DNA from: Candidatus Gottesmanbacteria bacterium
Lineage (GTDB): Bacteria > Patescibacteriota > Microgenomatia > 2-02-FULL-39-11
Assembly (NCBI GenBank): GCA_016186795.1
Contig: JACPKY010000002.1
Coordinates: 350,748-414,747 of the forward strand
Length of the DNA stretch: 64,000 nucleotides
Direction of reading: 5' to 3'
A program made the position numbers and the translations under genes. Below the pieces are notes generated by a model. The model saw nothing but the letters and a program-made list of their open reading frames with translations, made no database searches and was not told where the DNA came from. The first letter of the stretch is position 1. Every line of letters starts with the position of its first letter. Below are positions 8,160-17,137 of this stretch, piece by piece.

Positions 8160-9524
8160 TTATTTCTCCAACCGATCCTTAATATAGTTTACAATATTTG
8201 GGATTTTTACTCTATCTTGTTTCATGGTATCACGATCACGAATCGTTATAGCATCATCGTCAAGAGTCTGGTGATCGATTGTTGCACAAAAAGGGGTACC
8301 AATTTCATCTTGAGCAAAGTATCGCTTCCCAATATTTCCTCGATCATCCCAAGTGGCAGAAAAAAATGGCTTCAGGTTTTTATAAATAGTATGCGCTTTT
8401 GTCACAATCTCGGCATTATTTGCTACAAGGGGAAAAACTGCCACTTTGTACGGAGCAAGCCTTGGATGTAAACGAAGGACAATACGCTTTTCTTCTTCTA
8501 CAAAACTATCAATCAAGAAAAAGAGAGTAGAACGATCAACCCCTGCTGATGATTCAATATCCCATGGGATGTATTCTTCGTTTCTTTCCAGATCTTTATA
8601 TCGTAAATCCCGGCCACTATACTCTTGATGACGCCTCAGATCCCAATCACCACGATGATGAATTCCCATAAACTCCGACCAACCCCAGGGAGCATTGTAT
8701 TCAATATCGGTTGCCGCCCGTGCATAATGGGCCCGTTCAGAAGGTGCATGGTCTCGAAATCGAAGATTTTCTTTCTTCATGCCCAGTTTTAGATACCACT
8801 CCATCCGGTTATCCTTCCAATATTGAAACCACTTTTCGCCTTCTTTTTCATCAGGTCGAATATAGTACTGTACTTCCATCTGTTCAAATTCTCGTGAGCG
8901 GAATGTAAAGTTTCCGGGAGTTATCTCATTTCTGAATGCCTTCCCGATTTGTGCGATACCAAAGGGAATCTTGATACGAGTTGAGTCAACAACGTTTTTA
9001 AAATTCACGTGGACTCCGTTGGTAATTTCGCCTCGTAGATAGATTTTTTCTTTTGGTTCGGTTACTCCGATTAGAGATTCAACCAAAAGATTAAAAACTC
9101 TCGGTTCTGTCAATTTCTCCAATGCATGAGGTTTTCCATTACTACAGATAAATAAATCTTGATATTCTTTTTTAGGTGCAACGTTTCCCACACCTACTGG
9201 CACACTTTTCAAAAATTCCTTAAAATGATCTTCTCTAAACCTTTTATGGCAAATTTTACATTCAACTAATGGATCTACAAACGCTTCAACGTGACCTGAT
9301 GCTTCCCACGCTCGTGGGTTCATCATGATTGCTGCATCCACTCCAACAATATCATCGCGAAGGCTTACCATATCTTTCCACCATTCGTCTTTTACGTTTT
9401 TTTTCAAAAGGCAACCAACAGGACCATAGTCCCATGTTCCCCCTAATCCCCCATATATTTCGCTACCAGGAAAAATAAATCCCCTTCGTTTACTAAGACT
9501 AACTATTTTTTCAAGTACATCCAT
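8160..9524 (-). CDS. glyQS: Glycine--tRNA ligase (class II, dimeric GlyQS type). The listed ORF start at 9554 is a TTG inside the leader terminator. The ATG at 9524 (MDVLEKIVSLSKRRGF...) is the more likely start.
   Basis: N-terminus EKIVSLSKRRGFIFPGSEIYGGL and overall 455-464 aa architecture are typical of the alpha2 GlyRS. Confidence 0.9.
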   Translation of the reverse strand: MDVLEKIVSLSKRRGFIFPGSEIYGGLGGTWDYGPVGCLLKKNVKDEWWKDMVSLRDDIVGVDAAIMMNPRAWEASGHVEAFVDPLVECKICHKRFREDHFKEFLKSVPVGVGNVAPKKEYQDLFICSNGKPHALEKLTEPRVFNLLVESLIGVTEPKEKIYLRGEITNGVHVNFKNVVDSTRIKIPFGIAQIGKAFRNEITPGNFTFRSREFEQMEVQYYIRPDEKEGEKWFQYWKDNRMEWYLKLGMKKENLRFRDHAPSERAHYARAATDIEYNAPWGWSEFMGIHHRGDWDLRRHQEYSGRDLRYKDLERNEEYIPWDIESSAGVDRSTLFFLIDSFVEEEKRIVLRLHPRLAPYKVAVFPLVANNAEIVTKAHTIYKNLKPFFSATWDDRGNIGKRYFAQDEIGTPFCATIDHQTLDDDAITIRDRDTMKQDRVKIPNIVNYIKDRLEK

Positions 9525-9537
9525 AAGAAAATTTCCA

Positions 9538-9568
9538 CAAAAAAACTCGTCCAAGTATTAGGGACGAG
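9538..9568 (-). terminator. Rho-independent terminator, the expression-platform terminator of the glyQS leader. On the minus strand it is CTCGTCC, a 9-nt loop, GGACGAG, then seven T.
   Basis: A perfect 7-bp GC-rich stem followed immediately by a run of seven T on the minus strand. It ends 14 nt before the glyQS ATG. Confidence 0.6.
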
Positions 9569-9676
9569 TCCTTTGATTTCACTTAGGATCCGCGGTTCCA
9601 CCCTGTTTCCCCCCGATTCCTTCGGGGGACAACTTTATTTCCGATACTCCCCTATGCCTTTAGGATCGCCGTATCA
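9538..9676 (-). promoter_or_regulatory. T-box riboswitch-like leader of glyQS. It has a short stem I candidate, a stem III hairpin, the T-box sequence AAACAGGGUGGAACCGCGG, and an intrinsic terminator.
   Basis: Minus-strand 9590-9608 reads AAACAGGGTGGAACCGCGG, matching the T-box core AGGGUGGNACCGCG with UGGA (partner of tRNA-Gly UCCA). A stem III-like hairpin is at 9609-9628. The terminator is at 9538-9568. A candidate specifier hairpin (9643-9675) carries GGC followed by A. The element lies directly upstream of an aminoacyl-tRNA synthetase gene. Confidence 0.55.
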
Positions 9677-9681
9677 GTCTC

Positions 9682-9709
9682 ATTATATCGAAGATGTTAC
9701 TCTTGTCAA
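9682..9709 (-). promoter_or_regulatory. Near-consensus sigma70 promoter for the glyQS leader. On the minus strand it is TTGACA, a 16-nt spacer, then TATAAT. The -10 element overlaps the recO stop codon.
   Basis: Minus-strand TTGACA corresponds to plus 9704-9709 and TATAAT to plus 9682-9687. The predicted +1 is near 9675, giving a roughly 150-nt leader. Confidence 0.5.
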
Positions 9710-10240
9710 GAGACTATTACTTTTCAATTTTGTCTCAAGGATGTGTTCAAGAAAGCTTTCAAGTTTTTGACCCTCAATAGTTGTCGTACGAGGAAGATAC
9801 CCTAGTTCCCATAAAAGATTATGAGTGAAATCGAAAGACACGGTCTCGAAGTTACTTCCTTTGTTGGAAAGCATACGAAACGATTGCAGAAGTATTGGAA
9901 AAATAGTGATGTGGACCTCATTCTCCGGACAAAGTCGATCCACCTGTTCGACGATCCTATAAGCAAACGCAATACGGCGAATGTCTTTCCGAATGCGAGA
10001 AAAAATTTCAAGAGAAGTTGCCTCAATGAGAATTGGAATCGAGGAAGAGGAAGCAACAAACCCTTGGATATGGCGGAATAATTCAAGATGAGAAGCTTTT
10101 CGACTTGTGACCTTTCGAACACCTTTTGCTATAACAGTTAATTTCCCGTGACTTCGAGTAAAAAGAGTTAGAAGCTTATCTGCTTCTCCAATATTTGCTC
10201 TTTTGAGAACCACTGCCTCAATCTTGTAATACCCATGCAT
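9683..10240 (-). CDS. recO: DNA repair protein RecO (short form)
   Basis: N-terminal OB-fold region (EAVVLKRANIGEADKLLTLFTRSHGKLTVIAKGVRK) matches the RecO N-domain pattern. Confidence 0.75.
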   Translation of the reverse strand: MHGYYKIEAVVLKRANIGEADKLLTLFTRSHGKLTVIAKGVRKVTSRKASHLELFRHIQGFVASSSSIPILIEATSLEIFSRIRKDIRRIAFAYRIVEQVDRLCPENEVHITIFPILLQSFRMLSNKGSNFETVSFDFTHNLLWELGYLPRTTTIEGQKLESFLEHILETKLKSNSLLTRVTSSI

Positions 10241-12175
10241 TTACGTATTTATGAGAAGTTTTTTATCTTCATTGAGGACAAATTTTTCAACCTCGCGACC
10301 ATTAAGAAAGAGAGAATATGAATACCCGTCTGTCCCTGGTTGTTTTTGAATAAGAAGTGGATATTTTTCACCCTTCTTAAAGGGAGTTGCGAGCGTATAT
10401 GTAATTTTTACCTCTGATTGACCCTGAGGATTTACTTTCAGAAATCCTTCAAAGACAGTTTTTCCTAACTCATCATAGACTACTGGAGAGACCTCTGATC
10501 CTGTAAATTCAACCAGCTTTGCCCCTTGCGGAACGTACACTCTTACCCAATTTCGTAAAATCCCATTCAGACAAAGTTGACCAGCCTCAAGGTTGCAATT
10601 ACTCGCCGGAGATGGGTTCTTATACAATATGGTCACCGTTTTTTTTACCGTTCCGTTGGCCTCTATAGCTATTTCTTGTTTCACATCGTGTTTGACAAAA
10701 ATATTTGATTTTGCACCAGCAAAGTTCACATTGTTTATGTGAAGGTAATCACCGTCGAACGGAACTATTCGTCCTGCAAATCCAACAGCTTCTATTCCCT
10801 TTTGTGCTTCTTCGTCATGAAAATAGAACAATACATGTTTTTCTCTCGCTTCTGTTAATAACGTTTGAAACAATTTTCCCCAGTACTGCGATGGAGAAAC
10901 ACCAAGAGCTCTCTGCATGATCTGATAAAGAAGCACCCCGATAATGTCTTTTCGATCTTCTCGAACATACGCAACAGGTCGTGTTGAGTAATCCTCAAGC
11001 TCATATACTGCTTTGGGACAATCACAACGAGGATCATTTTCTGCGCTAAACGACCGACCATAGACGTTAAACTCTCCTAAAATTTTGATCGCCGATGCTA
11101 ATACATGGGTATCAACAGTGATAATACCATCAAACGTTGGAAGGTCAGCACCAGTTGACTTTACCAAGCTCTCAAACTCATTCATCGAAACAACGTAATC
11201 AGGCGAAAGATTGCTATCGCGAAGTTGATACTTCGTCACACCAACATGGTATGTCAATATGGGTTTCGGGGGAGACGGAGCAGTCTTCTTTGACTCATCT
11301 AGCTTGTAAATATCATCTGCTTTTAGAACCTTCATCTTCCCTTTATCAATATTAAAAAGAGCATATGCTGTCATAAATCCTCCTGTTGCCCGAAGCTCAG
11401 CATCGTTTTGGAAAAGTACGAGATACGTCCTTGATCCCTTTGTCCCTAAAATATCCGGAAGACGTTTCAAAAGAGGCTGTGCTTGGACAAAAAGTTGTGC
11501 AGTCTGGGCAAAGATATCTTTGACACTTTTTAGACGCGAACGAATGACAACAGAACCAAGTTTTTCCGGATATCGGTTCGGATCAATTTGATCAAGTTCA
11601 CTGCCTACAATTGCTACTTTATCGCCGATTTCACCAATTTTGGGTGTGACCTTATCGAGTGTTTCGACAGCTGTCTGAATTCTTTGATCTGCAGATCCAG
11701 AAACAAACGTTGATTTGCCTTTGAGTCCCAAAAGATCAGCATATGGAATAACTGTATCAGCAGTAATCTCTGCAGCTTGTACACCAGCGACAGCTCCTTT
11801 TACTATGTGTTCAAGATCTGCAATATAAAGCCCTGCAAACGGTATATGTTTCATCCAGACCATCCTACCTAAGCTTTCCTCTACCTTCGCAAGATCTTTC
11901 TCTACTTGACGGAATTTTTCGGAAGCTTGTTCAATATCTTGGGATTTTACTGCTTGAGATGCTTCCTGAGCGCTTTTGATTGTTGTCTGAAAATCTGCAT
12001 ACAATGCCTGTCCGGGAAGTACCACTCCAAAAAAAGAGAAAAGACCCAAAACAACGAGAAGAACCAAAACAATGGCAAACCATTTTTTCCTACGTTGAGG
12101 TTTTTGGGCCGTCTTATCAACATTCTTTTCTTCAACCGGGGCTACCCCTATATCAAGTTTTTTAAATCCATCCAT
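10241..12175 (-). CDS. Large N-terminally membrane-anchored extracytoplasmic protein (possibly DUF4012 family)
   Basis: 644 aa with a basic N-terminus, one TM helix (WFAIVLVLLVVLGLFSFFGVVL), then a long soluble region. It lies immediately upstream of the initiating sugar transferase. Confidence 0.4.
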   Translation of the reverse strand: MDGFKKLDIGVAPVEEKNVDKTAQKPQRRKKWFAIVLVLLVVLGLFSFFGVVLPGQALYADFQTTIKSAQEASQAVKSQDIEQASEKFRQVEKDLAKVEESLGRMVWMKHIPFAGLYIADLEHIVKGAVAGVQAAEITADTVIPYADLLGLKGKSTFVSGSADQRIQTAVETLDKVTPKIGEIGDKVAIVGSELDQIDPNRYPEKLGSVVIRSRLKSVKDIFAQTAQLFVQAQPLLKRLPDILGTKGSRTYLVLFQNDAELRATGGFMTAYALFNIDKGKMKVLKADDIYKLDESKKTAPSPPKPILTYHVGVTKYQLRDSNLSPDYVVSMNEFESLVKSTGADLPTFDGIITVDTHVLASAIKILGEFNVYGRSFSAENDPRCDCPKAVYELEDYSTRPVAYVREDRKDIIGVLLYQIMQRALGVSPSQYWGKLFQTLLTEAREKHVLFYFHDEEAQKGIEAVGFAGRIVPFDGDYLHINNVNFAGAKSNIFVKHDVKQEIAIEANGTVKKTVTILYKNPSPASNCNLEAGQLCLNGILRNWVRVYVPQGAKLVEFTGSEVSPVVYDELGKTVFEGFLKVNPQGQSEVKITYTLATPFKKGEKYPLLIQKQPGTDGYSYSLFLNGREVEKFVLNEDKKLLINT

Positions 12176-12181
12176 CGCTTT

Positions 12182-12841
12182 TTATACTGCTCCTTTTCCT
12201 GTAATCATAGCTGCCGGAGTCTTTAAAAGTATCCGTATATCATACCATAAAGATCGATGATCAACATAGGCTGCATCCATTGCGATCCTTTTATCAAAAT
12301 TTACCTCTGATCTGCCTGAAACTTGCCAATATCCCGTAATTCCTGGCTTGATCGACAATACCTTTTTTACTAAAATCTTCGTCTCTGGATATTTCCGTTG
12401 CTGATTGGATAACTCATCTGGATAGTAGGCACGAGGACCAACTAAACTCATATCTCCAGTAAAGACATTCAGAAGTTGTGGTATCTCATCAAGTGAGTGG
12501 CGACGAATAAAGCGGCCGAACAGGGTAACACGCGGATCTTCTTTTAACTTATAGCTATTTTTTTTGTATTGCTCATAAAGCGATCTCATTTTCGGATCCC
12601 TCCGAAGAAGTAAATGTGCGTTCTCGACCATAGAACGGAACTTGTACATTTTAAAGCGCTTTCCATTTTTGCCTACCCTTTCAGGAGTATCAGCAAAAAC
12701 TGGTCCTGGTGATTCAAGTTTTATAAAGATTGCCAAAAGAACACAAATTGGTGTAAATATTCCCAAAAGACATGCTGATCCAAATATGTCAATCAGCCGT
12801 TTTAATACCCGATCATAATTGGCACCTGTTAAAATTTTCAT
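12182..12841 (-). CDS. Polyprenyl-phosphate sugar-phosphate transferase. This is an initiating phosphoglycosyltransferase of the small monotopic Bac_transf / PglC-WbaP C-domain type.
   Basis: One N-terminal re-entrant helix, then the KxxSPGPxF....KFRSM...[22 protein letters not shown] signature of the bacterial sugar transferase family. Confidence 0.85.
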   Translation of the reverse strand: MKILTGANYDRVLKRLIDIFGSACLLGIFTPICVLLAIFIKLESPGPVFADTPERVGKNGKRFKMYKFRSMVENAHLLLRRDPKMRSLYEQYKKNSYKLKEDPRVTLFGRFIRRHSLDEIPQLLNVFTGDMSLVGPRAYYPDELSNQQRKYPETKILVKKVLSIKPGITGYWQVSGRSEVNFDKRIAMDAAYVDHRSLWYDIRILLKTPAAMITGKGAV

Positions 12842-12842
12842 A

Positions 12843-13925
12843 TCAGACTAAATGATCATTTTCTGACCGAGCAAGATTTTCAACTAATTTTTTAATTTTC
12901 GGTACAGAATTTTTATGGCAAATTAAAACAACATCATGCGTATTGATGACAAGAAATCCGTTCAAATCGATCGTTACCACCATTTGATTTGTATAGTTAT
13001 AGATAAGACTATCCTGACAGTCAGTTACGAGAACTTTCCCTTGTATAACGTTTTGATCTGGTGTTGATTGTAAGGCCTCTTTTAACGCTTCCCATGCACC
13101 AACATCGCTCCATTCCAAGTTTTCTGAGATGACCATTGCATCATTGGTTGTGATTTTTTCCAAAATAGCATTATCGAAAGAAATCTTTGAAAGCTTCGGG
13201 TAGATTTCTTTTAAAACTCGTTTGAAATTTGGTTTTCCGTAAGCGCGGTGAATTTCCTCAAGAAGGGAAAACATCTCAGGCTGGAACCGTTTATATAGAC
13301 TCCATAAGAATGAGGGTGTCGTTACAAAATACCCTACATTCCAGGCGAAATTTCCACTTTTATAGAATTTGTCGGCTGTTTCCAAATCTGGACGGTAATG
13401 AAACTCATCAAATGCATAAAGTTCAAATCCATTACTTCGTCCTACCTTTTTTCCATATTTGATCCATCCCAAATTCTGACTCGCAAATCGAGGTTTTTGG
13501 CTGATAAAAATTATCTTGTTTGGTTTTTGAGAAACGATCTTGCTGCTTTCGGAAAGAATTTTCCGAAACAGAGCGTCTTTTCTCACTAGATGATCACTCC
13601 AAACAATAGCAATTGGCTCTCTTGGATGTATTTTTGTAAGGACTGCAGAAACAAGTCCTACCGCCGGACCGACATCTCTGCTTTCCGGCTCGCAAATAAT
13701 ATGAGACGAGGTAAGTTTTGGTAACTGTTCCGCAACAATTTTTTCATATTGGCTACTTGTGGCAATATAGATATCATCCCAAGCAAAATCAGGCAGTAAC
13801 CTTTCAACTGCAAGCTGCAACGTCGATTTTTCCCCGATGACTTTCTCAAATTGTTTGGGAGAGCGTCGTCTGGACAATGGCCACAAACGAGTTCCTACCC
13901 CACCTGCAAAAATAATTGCTTTCAT
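12843..13925 (-). CDS. manC: Mannose-1-phosphate guanylyltransferase (GDP-mannose pyrophosphorylase, no PMI domain)
   Basis: MKAIIFAGGVGTRLWPLSRRRSPKQF... nucleotidyltransferase N-terminus typical of ManC/CpsB. 360 aa. Confidence 0.8.
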   Translation of the reverse strand: MKAIIFAGGVGTRLWPLSRRRSPKQFEKVIGEKSTLQLAVERLLPDFAWDDIYIATSSQYEKIVAEQLPKLTSSHIICEPESRDVGPAVGLVSAVLTKIHPREPIAIVWSDHLVRKDALFRKILSESSKIVSQKPNKIIFISQKPRFASQNLGWIKYGKKVGRSNGFELYAFDEFHYRPDLETADKFYKSGNFAWNVGYFVTTPSFLWSLYKRFQPEMFSLLEEIHRAYGKPNFKRVLKEIYPKLSKISFDNAILEKITTNDAMVISENLEWSDVGAWEALKEALQSTPDQNVIQGKVLVTDCQDSLIYNYTNQMVVTIDLNGFLVINTHDVVLICHKNSVPKIKKLVENLARSENDHLV

Positions 13926-15040
13926 ATTATAGCTTTTGAATCTCTGTAGTATTTTCCAATGAGTTCCCGAATGTTCTTCTGAAAATGTCGTTTGGAAAAC
14001 CGAGAGGCATGAGTATAACAGTCTTCAGATAAATACTCCTTTGAGTTGAAGCGTAGAACCTTCTCGGAAAGACACTCCATAGATTCCTCTTCGTACAATT
14101 CACCAGTTTTCCCCACTTGTATAGTTTCTGCCACTCCCCCTTTCTTATATGCAATCACGGGTCTTCCACACGCTTGAGCTTCAACTGCAGTAATACCGAA
14201 ATCTTCTTCTCCCGGATAGATCAAAGCTTGACAATTTTGATAATACCAACAGAGTTTTGCATCTGTCAAATCACTACCAATAAATTCAATCGTTGGGCCG
14301 GCGAGTTTTCTTAACCGCTTACTATCAATGCCAGTTCCAATAATCTTGAGTGGGAATCCAAGGTTATTGAATACCTCAATAGCATAATCAATTCGCTTAT
14401 AAGGAACAAGCCGGGACACAATGAGAAAATAACGACCTGATGATAAGGTGTGATCGGGAGTAAACGTTTTCGTATCAACTGGAGGATAGATTACTTCTGC
14501 GTGTTGTTGGTAGTATACATCAATTCTTTCTGCTACAGCTTTCGAGATAGCAATGTACTTATCAGGCCTCTTCGAAGAGATATAATCCCAGTTCCGAAGT
14601 AGTGGAGCAGCAGACCTAATAAGAAATCGTGCCAAACCATTTGCCCAACCTAATCCGGGTTCCCGGATGTACTCGTCATACCCACTCCACAGATATCTGG
14701 TAGGAGTTAAGCAGTAACACACATGAAGAGTTCCTGGCTTTGTGAGAATTCCCTTTGCCTCGGCAGAGGTAATGGTTAGAACAAGATCAAAATCATCAAA
14801 CGTCATTGATTCGTAAAAAAAGGGGAGAAGTGGGGGAAGAATTTCATGGGGAACGACATTTAGAGGCCACCTACTTAACACCGAAGTTTTGACATGAAAG
14901 ACGTCTGCATAAGGTGCCGTCTTTGGATTATAGACCGGAGTAAAAAGTGGAGCTTCCGGCCAAATCTCATGAAGAGCAAGAAGTACTCGCTCTGCACCTC
15001 CAAATTTGTTGACTCTATCATAGACAAAGGCTATCTTCAT
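13922..15040 (-). CDS. Glycosyltransferase family 4 (GT-B, retaining)
   Basis: C-terminal EEDFGITAVEAQACGRPVIA (the E-x7-E motif region) and a GT4-like N-terminus. Confidence 0.8.
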   Translation of the reverse strand: MKIAFVYDRVNKFGGAERVLLALHEIWPEAPLFTPVYNPKTAPYADVFHVKTSVLSRWPLNVVPHEILPPLLPFFYESMTFDDFDLVLTITSAEAKGILTKPGTLHVCYCLTPTRYLWSGYDEYIREPGLGWANGLARFLIRSAAPLLRNWDYISSKRPDKYIAISKAVAERIDVYYQQHAEVIYPPVDTKTFTPDHTLSSGRYFLIVSRLVPYKRIDYAIEVFNNLGFPLKIIGTGIDSKRLRKLAGPTIEFIGSDLTDAKLCWYYQNCQALIYPGEEDFGITAVEAQACGRPVIAYKKGGVAETIQVGKTGELYEEESMECLSEKVLRFNSKEYLSEDCYTHASRFSKRHFQKNIRELIGKYYRDSKAII

Positions 15041-15043
15041 GTA

Positions 15044-16162
15044 CTACTGAGTAGTATACATTGTTTCATATAAGGAACGTGTTATCTTGGCTGTTTTTTC
15101 CCAATCATAGAACGGAAGATTTTTCTTTGCCCGTGAGACAAGTTGCTTGTATTTTGCTGGCGACATTTTCAAGATCTCTACCATTTTTCCAGCTATATCG
15201 GTAGAACTATACGGATTAAACATCGGAAGTTTTTCCCCCCAGATTTCCCGAAAGACTGGTATGTCAGAAATAACTGGTAGTATATTACAGTAAAGAGCTT
15301 CGAGATTTGGAAGACCAAACCCCTCCATAAGAGATGGAAATACGAGGAAAGAACAAAATGAATAGAGGTTAAAAAGATCGTGATCATTGGCGTTTCCGAA
15401 AAAAATAACCGCGTCTCCCAAACCTAATGACTTCGCATACCGTTCTAGTCTTGGATAAAAATAGAAATCAGAGCCCGCACAAACGAGTTTAATCAGAGAA
15501 TGTTTTCGAACGATTTTCAGTGCTTGCAAAAGACGCTCCAGATTTTTGTGGGGATATGCATTTCCCACGTATAAAATGTACTTATTGGGAAAAAGCCGCA
15601 CCGGAGTTTCTGTATCAACGGTTTTTTGAAAATGTGTATCAAGGGCGTCGTACGTTACGAACAGTTTTTCCGAAGGTACGTGATAATGATCATATACCTC
15701 TGCTTTGGTAGTATTTGATATTACTGTTATTGCGGATGCTCTCCTAACTGCTAGTTTTGTAGCAAAGGAATAGCCCAGACGCTTTATTCGGTAGAGAGGT
15801 TTTGGTAGAGTACTTGCTCGACCGGTATCAAAGTGATCCAAAATAAGATCGTGAATGGTAAGTAAGTATTTCTTGGGGTAACTAATTGGAACATTAAAAT
15901 AGGGGAAATGGACAACATCGAGATGATCTCTTAAAAGCACGTATGGTACAACAATCTGCTCGGTAATGGTATGCCAGGAAATATCGAGTAATTTCTTGTG
16001 CCAGTGACGACTTACTGGTTGGAATAAATCCCAATCTTTTTTCCGGAAATACACAATGTATTCATCTGATACGTCAAGCTTTTGAAGCGCCCGAAGAATG
16101 TTTTTGAGATATCTTCCTACACCTGTCTGAGTATATAATCTTGCATCGATTCCAATTCTCAT
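15044..16162 (-). CDS. Glycosyltransferase family 4
   Basis: MEGFGLPNLEALYCNILPVIS motif region. GT-B architecture. Confidence 0.8.
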   Translation of the reverse strand: MRIGIDARLYTQTGVGRYLKNILRALQKLDVSDEYIVYFRKKDWDLFQPVSRHWHKKLLDISWHTITEQIVVPYVLLRDHLDVVHFPYFNVPISYPKKYLLTIHDLILDHFDTGRASTLPKPLYRIKRLGYSFATKLAVRRASAITVISNTTKAEVYDHYHVPSEKLFVTYDALDTHFQKTVDTETPVRLFPNKYILYVGNAYPHKNLERLLQALKIVRKHSLIKLVCAGSDFYFYPRLERYAKSLGLGDAVIFFGNANDHDLFNLYSFCSFLVFPSLMEGFGLPNLEALYCNILPVISDIPVFREIWGEKLPMFNPYSSTDIAGKMVEILKMSPAKYKQLVSRAKKNLPFYDWEKTAKITRSLYETMYTTQ

Positions 16163-16165
16163 GGG

Positions 16166-17137
16166 TTACCTATATTGAAGAAGGGCGAAATACTTTTTAA
16201 TTGAAATAACAGCAAAAATACAGTATGTTACAACTTCCGGATATTTTGTCCTATAGTGCTTCTTGTAGAATATTTTCATAACATCAAAACGAGCCTCTGT
16301 TGCCTGTTTTTGAATAGATACATCTGCCTTAGAAAGAAATCGTGAATGGGTTTTGATCCCACTTGACGCACCTTTTAGATGAATAATCTCGCATGATGGT
16401 TGATAAAGGATCTTCCACCCTTTCTCCTTCAATGTATAACAAAGATCAATATCCTCACCATACCAGAAATAATCCTCATCGAGCCATCCGACTTCATCAC
16501 CTGCCTTTTTACGTACGAGCATAAAGGCTCCACAACAGCTATCGACCTCGTGAAGAATATCCATATTTTGATATCCTAAGTGATACCCGTTAAACAATAA
16601 ACTTTTCGGAAAACACCTTCCCAACCCTACAAAGTGACAGAATGCATTCCAAGCCGTTGGAAAACCTCGGTGACTTGCATCGTCAATTTCCCCCGACAAT
16701 AACTTCACCTTGCACGTCACAATACCTGCGTCGGGATGTGACTGTAATGTGTCTAATGCACATGCAAGAGATTCTTTGGAGACTATGGTATCGGGATTGA
16801 GAAGGAGAATATACGAACCTTTCGCACGTCTTATTCCTCGATTATTCGCTTTTGAAAAACCTTCGTTTGAAGAGTTTGCGAATACCTTCACCCAGGCATA
16901 TTTTTTCTTTATTAATATGGCTTCTTTCCCGTAAGATGCATTGTCAACAACGATTACTTCGTAATCATTCTTTGTTAATGAGGACTTTGCAATTGAATTT
17001 AAACAATTTTCAAGGAGATGAAATGAATTATAGTTCACAATAACAATAGAGATCTTCAAATTTTTCTTCATACTTGAAACCAAAAATTTACATATGATGA
17101 GCTGCTTCTTTATAGATCCGATCAAGTTTGTTCGCAA
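16166..17137 (-). CDS. Glycosyltransferase family 2 (GT-A). The probable true start is near 17071 (MKKNLKISIVIV).
   Basis: ISIVIVNYNS...VIVVDNAS (DxD-type GT2 N-terminal signature). Confidence 0.8.
   Translation of the reverse strand: MRTNLIGSIKKQLIICKFLVSSMKKNLKISIVIVNYNSFHLLENCLNSIAKSSLTKNDYEVIVVDNASYGKEAILIKKKYAWVKVFANSSNEGFSKANNRGIRRAKGSYILLLNPDTIVSKESLACALDTLQSHPDAGIVTCKVKLLSGEIDDASHRGFPTAWNAFCHFVGLGRCFPKSLLFNGYHLGYQNMDILHEVDSCCGAFMLVRKKAGDEVGWLDEDYFWYGEDIDLCYTLKEKGWKILYQPSCEIIHLKGASSGIKTHSRFLSKADVSIQKQATEARFDVMKIFYKKHYRTKYPEVVTYCIFAVISIKKYFALLQYR

Noticed and set aside
8160-9554. ORF-track start of glyQS at 9554
   Set aside because: The codon at 9552-9554 is TTG and lies inside the leader terminator hairpin. 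The ATG at 9522-9524 (MDVLEKIV...) matches conserved GlyRS N-termini and leaves the terminator/T-box intact, so 9524 is preferred.
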